A stretch of 64,000 bases of DNA from the human T2T-CHM13v2.0 reference genome, Homo sapiens. The notes below the pieces were generated by a model. It had not been told where the DNA came from. It saw only the letters and a program-made list of their open reading frames with translations, and ran no database searches. The stretch lies in NCBI RefSeq assembly GCF_009914755.1, contig NC_060926.1. One strand, written 5' to 3'. Both the position numbers and the translations under genes were made by a program. How positions within the stretch are numbered: the stretch's first letter is position 1; the number at the start of each line of letters is the position of its first letter. Shown here piece by piece: positions 55,950-64,000 of the stretch.

Positions 55950-58900
55950 TGTATATATGCCACATTTTCTTTATACTGTCTATCATTGATGGGTATTTGG
56001 ATTAGTTCCAAGTCTTTGCTATTGTGAAAAGTGCTGCTGTAAATACATGTATGCATGTGTCTTCATAGTAGAATGATTTATAATCTTTTGGGTATATACC
56101 CTGTAATGGGATTGCTGGGTCAAGTGGTATTTCTGGTTCTGGATCCTTGAGGAATTGCCACACTGTCTTCCACAATGGTTGAACTAATTTACACTCCCAC
56201 TAACAGTGTAAAAGTGTTCCGATTTCTCCACATCCTCTCCAGCATCTGTTGTTTCCTGACTTTTTAATGTTCACCATTCTAACTGGCGTGACATGGTATC
56301 TCACTGTGGTTTTGATTTGCATTTCTCTAATGACCAGTGATGATGAGCCACATAAATGTCTCCTTTTGAGAGGTGTCTGTTCATATCCTTCACCCAATTT
56401 TGATGGGGTTGTTTGTTTTTTTCTTGTAAATTTGTTTAAGTTCTTTGTAGATTCTGGATATTAGCCCTTTGTCAGATGGATAGATTAAAAAAGTCTCCCA
56501 TTCTGTAGGTTGCCTGTTCACTCTGATGATAGTTTCTTTTGCTGTGCAGAAGCTCTTTAGTTTAATTAGATCCCATTTGTCTGTTTTGGGTTTTGTTGCA
56601 ATTGCTTTTGGTGTTTTAGTCATGAAGTCTTTGCCCATGCCTATGTCTTGAATGGTATTACCTAAGTTTTCTTCTAGGGTTTTTATGGTTTTAGGTCTTA
56701 GGTTTAAGTCTTTAATCCATCTTGAGTTAATTTTTGTATAAGGTGTAAGGAAGGGGTCTAGTTTCATTTTTCTGCATATGGCTAGCCAATTTTCCCAAAA
56801 CCATTTATTAAATAGGGAATCCTTTCTCCATTGCTTGTTTTTGTCAGGTTTGTCAAAGATCGGATGGTTGTAGATGTGTGGTATTATTTCTGGGGCCCCT
56901 GTTCTGTTCCATTGGTCTATATATCTGCTTTGGTACAAGTACCATGCTGTTTTGGTTACTGCAGTCCTGTAGCATAGTTTGAAGTCAGGTAGCTTGATGC
57001 CTCCAGCTTTGTTCTTCTTGCCCAGGATTGTCTTGGCTATACAGGCTCTTTTTTGGTTCCATATGAAATTTAAAGTAGTTCTTTCTAATTCTATGAAGAA
57101 AATCAATGGTAGCTTGATGGGGATAGCACTGAATCTATAAATTACTTTGGGCAGAATGGCCATTTTCATGATATTGATTATTCCTATCCATGAGCATGGA
57201 ATGTTTTTCCATTTGTTTGTGTTCTCTCTTATTTCCTTGAGCAGTGGTTTGTAGTTCTTCTTGAAGAGGTCCTTCACATCCCTTGTAAGTTGTATTCCTA
57301 GCTATTTTACTCTCTTTGTAGCATTCATGAATGGGAGTTCACTCATGATTTGGCTGTTTGTCTATTATTGGTGTATAGGAATGCTTGTGATTTTTGCACA
57401 TTGATTTTTGTATCCTGAGACTTTGCTGAAGTTGCTTATGAGCTTAAGCAGATGATGAGGTTTTCTAAATATCCAATAATGTCATCTGCAAACAGAGACA
57501 ATTTAACTTCCTCTCTTCCTATTTAAATACCTTTATTTCTTTCTCTTGCCTGATTGCCCTGGTCAGAACTTCCAATACTATGTTGAATAGGAGTGGTGAG
57601 AGAGGGCATGCTTGTCTTTTGCCGATTTTCAAAGGGAATGCTTCCAGATTTTGCCAGTTCAGTGTGACATTGGCCATGGGTTTGTCATAAATAGCTCTTA
57701 TTATTTTGAGATGCATTCCATCAATACCCAGTTTATTGAGAGTTTTTAGCATAAAGAAGTGTTGAATTTTATCAAAGGCCTTTTCTGCATCTATTGAGAT
57801 AATCACGTGGTTTTTGTCATTGGTTCTGTTATGTGATGGATTACGTTTATTGATTTGTGTATGTTGAACCAGGCTTGCATCCCAGGGATGAAGAAGCTGA
57901 CTTGATCGTGGTGGATAAACTTTTTGATGTGCTGCTGGATTTGGTTTGCCAGTATTTTATTAAGGATTTTCGCATCGATGTTCATCAGGGATATTGGCCT
58001 GAAATTATCTTTTTTTGTTGTGTCTCTGCCAGGTTTTGGTATCAGGGTGATACTGGCCTCATAAAATGAGTTAGGGAGGAGTCCCTTTTTTTCTATTGTT
58101 TGGAATAGTTTCAGAAGGAATGGTACCAACTCCTCTTTGTACCTCTGGTAGAATTCAGCTGTGAATCTGTCTGGTCCTGGGCTTTTTTTGTTTGGTAGGC
58201 TAGTAATTACTGCCTCAATTTCAGAACTTGTTATTGGTCTATTCAGAAATTCGACTTCTTCGTGGTTTAGTCTTGGGAAGGTGTCTGTGTCCAGGAATTT
58301 ATCCATTTCTTCTCGATTCTCTAGTTTATTTGCGTAGAAGCGTTTATAGTATTCTCTGATGGTAGTTTGTATTTCTGTGGGATCAGTGGTGATATCCCCT
58401 TTATCATTTTTTATTGTATCTATTGGATTCTTCTCTGTTTTCTTTATTTGTCTGGCTAGCAGTCTATTTTGTTAATCTTTTCAAAAAACCACCTCCTGGA
58501 TTCATTGATTTTTTGAAGGGTTTTTTGTCTCTGTCTCCTTCAATTCTGCTCTGATCTTAGTTATTTCTTGTCTTCTGCTAGCTTTTGAATTTGTTTGCTC
58601 TTGCTTCTCTAGTTCTCTTAATTGTGATGTTAGGGTGTTGATTTTAGATGTTTCCCACTTTCTCCTGTGGACATTTAGTGCCATAAATTTCCCTCTAAAC
58701 ACTACTTTAGCTGTGTTCCAGAGATTCTGGTACGTTGTGTCTTTGTTCTCATTGGTTTCAAAGAATTTATTTCTTTCTGCCTTCATTTTGTTATTTACCC
58801 AGTAGTCATTCAGGAGCAGGTTGTTCAGTTTCCACATAGTTGTGCAATTTTGAATGAATTTCTTAATCCTGAATTCTAAGGTGATTGCACTGTGGTCTGA

Positions 58901-59570
58901 GAGACTGTTTGTTATGATTTCTATTCTTTTGCGTTTGCTGAGGAGTGCTTTACTTGCAATTATGTGGTCAATTTTATAATAAGTGCAATGTGGTGCTGAG
59001 AAGAATGTATATTCTGTGGATTTGGGGTAGAGAGTTCTGTAGATGTCTATTAGGTCCAGTTGGTCCAGAGCTGAGTTCAAGTCCTGAATATCCTTGTTAA
59101 TTTTCTGTCTCATTGATCTGTCTAATATTGATAGTGGGGTGTTAAAGTCTCCCACTATTATTGTTTGGGAGCCTAAGTCTCTCTGTAGGTCTCTAAGAAC
59201 TTGCTTTATAAATCTGGGTGCTCCTGTATTGGGTGCATATATATTTAGGATAGTTAGCTCTTCTTGTTGCATTGATCCCTTTACCATTATGTAATGCCCT
59301 TGTTTGTCTGTTTTGATCTTTGTTGGTTTAAAGTCTGTTTAGGGTTGCAACCCCTGCCTTTTTTTTTTTTTTTTTTTTGCTTTCCTTTTGCTTGGTACAT
59401 ATTCTGCCATTCCTTTATGTGTGTCTTTGCACATGAGATGAGTCTCCTGAATACAGCACACCGATAGGTCTTGACTCTATCCAATTTGCCAGTCTGCATC
59501 TTTTAATTGGGGCATTTAGCCCATTTACATTTAAGGTTAATATTGTTAAGTGTGAATTTGATCCTGTCAT
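55950..59570 (-). pseudogene. L1 ORF2 (EN-RT-C-terminal), frameshifted
   Basis: 261, 167, 95 and 295-aa fragments with [34 protein letters not shown]. Confidence 0.93.
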
Positions 59571-59629
59571 TATGATGCTAGCTGGTTATTTTGCCTGTTA
59601 GTTGATGCAGTTTCTTCATAGTGTTGACG

Positions 59630-60657
59630 GTCTTTACAATTTGGTATGTTTTTGCAGTGGCTGGTACCGGTTGTTCCTTCCCATGTTTAGTGCTTCCTTC
59701 AGGAGCTCTTGTAAGGCAGGCCTGGTGGTGACAAAATCTCTCAGCATTTGCTTGTCTGTAAAGGATTTTATTTCTCCTTTACTTACGAAGCTTAGTTTGG
59801 CTGGATATGAAATTCTGGGTTGAAAATTCTTTTCTTTAAGAATGTTGAATATTGGCCCCCACTGTCTTCTGGCATAGGGTTTCTGCAGAGAGATCCACTG
59901 TTAGTCTGATTGGCTTCCCTTTGTGGTAACCTGACCTTTCTCTCTGGCTGCCCATTTTTTCCTTCATTTCAACCTTGGTGAATCTGACAATTATGTGTCT
60001 TGGGGTTGCTCTTCGCAAGGAGTATCTTTGTGGTGTTCTCTGTATTTCCTGAATTTGAATGTTGGGCTGTCTTGCTAGGTTGGGGAAATTCTCCTGGATA
60101 ATATCCTGAAGAGTGTTTTCCAACTTGGTTCCATTTTCCCCATCGCTTTCAGGTACACCAATCAAACATAGGTTTGGTCTTTTCACATAGTCCCATATTT
60201 CTTGGATGCTTTGTTCATTCCTTTTCGTTCTTTTTTCTCTAATCTTGTCTTCACACTTTATTTCATTGAGTTGATCTTCAATCTCTGATATCCTTTCTTC
60301 CACTTGATCAATTCGGCTATCGATGCTTGTGTATGCTTCACGAAGTTCTCGTGCTGTGTTTTTTAGCTCCATCAGGTCATTCATGTTCTTCTCTAAACTG
60401 ATTATTCTAGTTAGCAATTTGTCTAACATTTTTTCAAGGTTCTTAGCTTCCTTGCATTGGGTTAGAACATGCTCCTTTAGCTCAGAAGAACTTGTTATTG
60501 CCCACCTTCTGAAGCCTACTTCTGTCAATTCGTCAAACTCATTCTCCGTCCAGTTTTGTTCTCTTGCTGGTGAGGAGTTGTGATCCTTTGAAGGAGAAAA
60601 GGCGTTCTGGTTTTTGGAATTTTCAGCCTTTTTGTGCTGGTTTTTCCTCATCTTCAT
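59630..60657 (-). pseudogene. L1 ORF1, frameshifted
   Basis: 273-aa ORF with QEIWDYVKRPNL and TPRHIIVRF; frame lost near the C-terminus. Confidence 0.92.
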
Positions 60658-63139
60658 GGATTTATCTACCTTTGGTCTTTGATGTTGGTGACCTTCAGAT
60701 GGAGTTTCTGTGTGGATGTCCTTTTTGTTGATGTTGATGCTATTCCCTTCTGTTTGTTAGTTTTCCTTTCAATAGTCAGGCCCCTGTGCTGCAGATCTGC
60801 TGGAGTTTGATGGAGGTCCACTCCAGACCCTGTTTGCCTGAGTATCACCAGCGGAAGCTGCAGAACAACAAAGACCACTGCCTGTTCCTTCCTCTGGAAG
60901 CTTCATCCCAGAGAGACACCCACCAGATGCAAGCCAGAGCTCTCCTGTATGAGGTATCTGTCAACCACTGCTGGGAGGTGTCTCCCAGTCAGGAGGCACA
61001 GGGGTCAGGGACCCACTTGAAGAGGCAGTCTGTCCCTTAGCAGAGCTCGAGTGCTGTGCTGGGAGATCTGCTGTTCTCTTCAGAGCCAGCAGGCAGGAAT
61101 GTGTAAGTCCACTGAAGCTGCACCCATAGCCACCCTTTCCCCCAGGTGCTCTGTCCCAGGGAGATGGAAGTTGTATCTATAAACCCCGGACTGGGGCTGC
61201 TGGCTTTCTTTCAGAGATGCTCTGCCCAGAGAGGAGAAATCTAGAGAGGCAGTCTGGCTACAGTGGCTTTGCCAAGCTGCAGTGGGCTCTGCCCAGTTCC
61301 AACTTCCTGGTGGCTTTGTTTACACTGTGAGGGGAAAACTGCCTACTCAAGTCTCAGTAATGGCAGACTCCCCTCCCCCCACCAAGCTAGAGTGTCTCAA
61401 GTCAATTTCAGACTTCAGTGCTGGCAGCGAGAATTTCAAGCCAGTGGATCTTAGCTTGCTAGGCTCCGTGGGGGTAGGATCTGCTGAGCTAGATCACTTG
61501 GCTCCCTGCCTTCAGCCCCTTTTCCAGGGGCATGAAAGGTTCTCTCTTGCTGGCATTCCATGTGCCACTGGGGTATGAAAAAAACTCCTGCCGCTAGCTT
61601 GGTTTGGGCAGTGTCTGCCCAAACAGCCCCTCAGTTTTATGCTTGAAACCCAGGGCCCTGGTGGTGTAGGCTCCCGAGGGAATCTCCTGCTCCTGCTCTG
61701 TGGGTTGTGAAGACCTTGGGAAAAGCATAGTATCTGGACTAGAGCGCACCATTTCTCATGGCACAGCCCCTTATGGCTTCCCTTGGGTAGAGGAGGGAGT
61801 TCCCTGACTCCTTGCACTTCCCAGGTGAAGCAACACCCCAACTGCTTTGGCTCGCCCTCTGTGGGCTGCGCCCACTGCCTAACCAGTCCCGATGTGATTA
61901 TGTGATTAGCCATGTACCTTAGTTGGAAAAGCAGAAATCACCCACCTTCTGCCTTGATCTCGCTGGGAGCTGCATACTGGAGCTGTTCCTATTCGGCCAT
62001 CTTCCTAGTATCTTTATTAACCTTCCTTTTCTCTTGACTCAGAAGACCATCTTTGTCACATATCAAATCTTTATATGTAAATGTCACCTTAATGGCTGCA
62101 TGATTTGCCATCCTATTGTTGTTATATCAGATGTTACCTTAGCATTTTTACCTGATTTCTACCACAGCATTTGTTGTTCTATATTATAACCATTTGCTTT
62201 TTCTTTGTCTCCTATTAGATTCTGAGCTTTCTGATTTTCTTTTTGTTCCGGATCCATTATGGTGGTTTTTCCGCAGCAGCTGTTAAACAGATTTTAATGA
62301 CTAGGTGACAATTCTAGACCCCACTGACAGTCAAAGAGCTAAGTAGACTGGATGAGGTGGGAGAATCAAAGCCTTCCAGCTTTTCTCTCCTTGGGGGCTA
62401 TAGAATGGGTTTCAGAAGCAAAACTATAGCATCTCAGGTTGGGAAGAAATTTAAGAAAAGTAGGAGCCTTTCCACAGAGCAAATATTAGGAGGAGGCGTA
62501 ATATTCAGATTTTAGGAAAGCTGTCTGTGTCCAAAATAAAATTTTTAGTGTCTAAGTTTCAAGTATCTAAACTTCTACAGCTACATATACATTCCTTTGG
62601 CTTTAGACTTTAACCTGGGCAAAAGCCATCTGCTTATTTAACCAGCTCTATCCCTTCTAGACTGCAAGTCCCTATAAGACTGGCAGAAACTCTGACTGCC
62701 TTGTGTATTGTTGTATTCTGATAGTGATTCACATGTGATTAGCACCTGGCAGACAACAAATAAAAATTTTCCTAGCGACACAACAGATGAATAGAGATCA
62801 AAGCAATAAGCCCAAGCAAACATTTGACTTAATATGAATAAGTCTGTAGTACACTTTTTTCAGAAATAGTTCTCATAAAATCAAAATAAACATAACAAAT
62901 TAATGATCTGAGAATGGAGGAGAGGAACTCAGTCAGCTGGAGAAAAATAGCACAGAAGAGCAGGAATGAGGGCTGGCTGTCACCTTAGGTCAAGAGCACT
63001 ATATCCAAGTGACCCCAGATAAGAAAAATTATGATAACTATTTGAGTCAGATATTGTTTCTCATATTCATAATCCCCAGATAATAATATTTTACAATGCC
63101 ACTCCCAAGAGAATTTTCCCAAGTTTTTTAAGTACCTAC

Positions 63140-64000
63140 TATTCCAGTTATCTATCATTGTATAACTAATCACCACAAAATTTGGTGGTATGAGCCATCA
63201 ATTAGCTGTTATCTCTCAGCTCTGACCAGCTCAATTAGGTGATTCTCACTTGGGTCCCATACAGTTGTAGGTAGATGTGACTGGGGGAGGGCATCAGTCC
63301 ATTTTCACACTGCTCTAAAGAAATACCCAAGTCTGGTAAATTTATAAAGGAAAGAGGTTTAATGTACTCACTCACTCACAGTTCTGCATGGCTGGGGAAG
63401 CCTCAGGAAACTTACAATATGGTGAAAGGGAAAGCAGGCATGTCTTACATGGTGGCAGGTGAGAGAGAACATGTGAAGGAGGAACTGTCAAACACTTATA
63501 AAACCATCATATCTCGTGAGAACTCACCCACTATCACGAGAACAGCATGGGGGAAACCTTCACCATGATCCAATCACCTCCCACCAGATCCCTCCCTTGA
63601 CACACGGGGATTATGTGGATTACGATTTGAGATGAGATTCGAGATGAGATTTGTGTGGGGACACACAGAGCCAGACCATATCAGGGAGGATCATCTGAAG
63701 GCTTCTTTCTCACAGTGTGGCATCTCTCCACACAATTTCTCTCCATGGCTAGCTTGGGCTTCTTCACAGCATGTTGCTGTTGGGAGAACCAGGCTTTTGA
63801 AAACTCAAGCTCCAAAAATGACTGTTCTCAGAGACCCAAGCAGAAGCAGGCAGGTTTCTTATGACTTAGCCTCAGAAGTTCCAAAGTGTCACCTCTACCA
63901 CATTCTATTTGGTCCATAAGGCCAGGGCAGATTCAACGGGAAGGAATTACACTCTGCCTCTCAAGGGAAGGAATGTCAAAGAATTTTGAGCCATATTTAG
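63140..64000 (-). mobile_element. Old MLT1 LTR split by THE1D/MSTA
   Basis: CAGTTATCTATCATTGTATAACTAATCACCACAAAATTTGGTGG; resumes at 63684 with GACTTAGCCTCAGAAGT...CACATTCTATT. Confidence 0.65.
63290..63683 (-). mobile_element. THE1D/MSTA MaLR solo LTR
   Basis: TTTATAAAGGAAAGAGGTTTAA...CCTCAGGAAACTTACAAT...GCCAGACCATATCA; 5-bp TSD GGGAG. Confidence 0.88.

Larger units (their letters stand above)
55593..62005 (-). mobile_element. Full-length L1PA7/8-type LINE-1 (about 6.4 kb), inactive
   Basis: 5' GGAAGATGGCCGAATAGGAACAGCTCC, ORF1, ORF2, 3'UTR and short A-tail; TSD TAGTATCTTT at 55583-55592 and 62006-62015. Confidence 0.96.

Overview
Primate (most likely human) intronic or intergenic DNA made mostly of transposable-element fossils. 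No host protein-coding exon can be supported. All long ORFs come from a HERV-L provirus, L1s, Tigger1, a MULE element or Alus. Main elements: a complete minus-strand HERV-L provirus with MLT2A LTRs and a CACCT target-site duplication (18921-25814); a full-length L1PA7/8-type L1 (55593-62005, minus); a 5'-intact, 3'-truncated, tail-less L1PA with perfect 16-bp TSDs (39166-41759); an ancient fragmented L1M (about 32760-45175) carrying nested Tigger1, Alus, L1PA, MLT1A and Tigger3a/MADE1; a Ricksha (MULE) element with transposase remnants; and about 15 Alus. The largest repeat-poor island (about 13.9-17.7 kb) has enhancer-like and splice-like motifs. The most unusual observations are: (1) a MADE1 inserted in the loop of an older 42-bp-arm hairpin whose mismatches are all G:U-compatible; (2) two inverted L1s 19 kb apart that share private mutations, suggesting gene conversion; (3) two locally templated insertions; (4) the tail-less L1; (5) the DUX4-type motif and splice donor surviving only in the HERV-L 3' LTR. 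I found no convincing new gene system. Subfamily names come from recalled consensus sequences and mismatch counts were made by eye.
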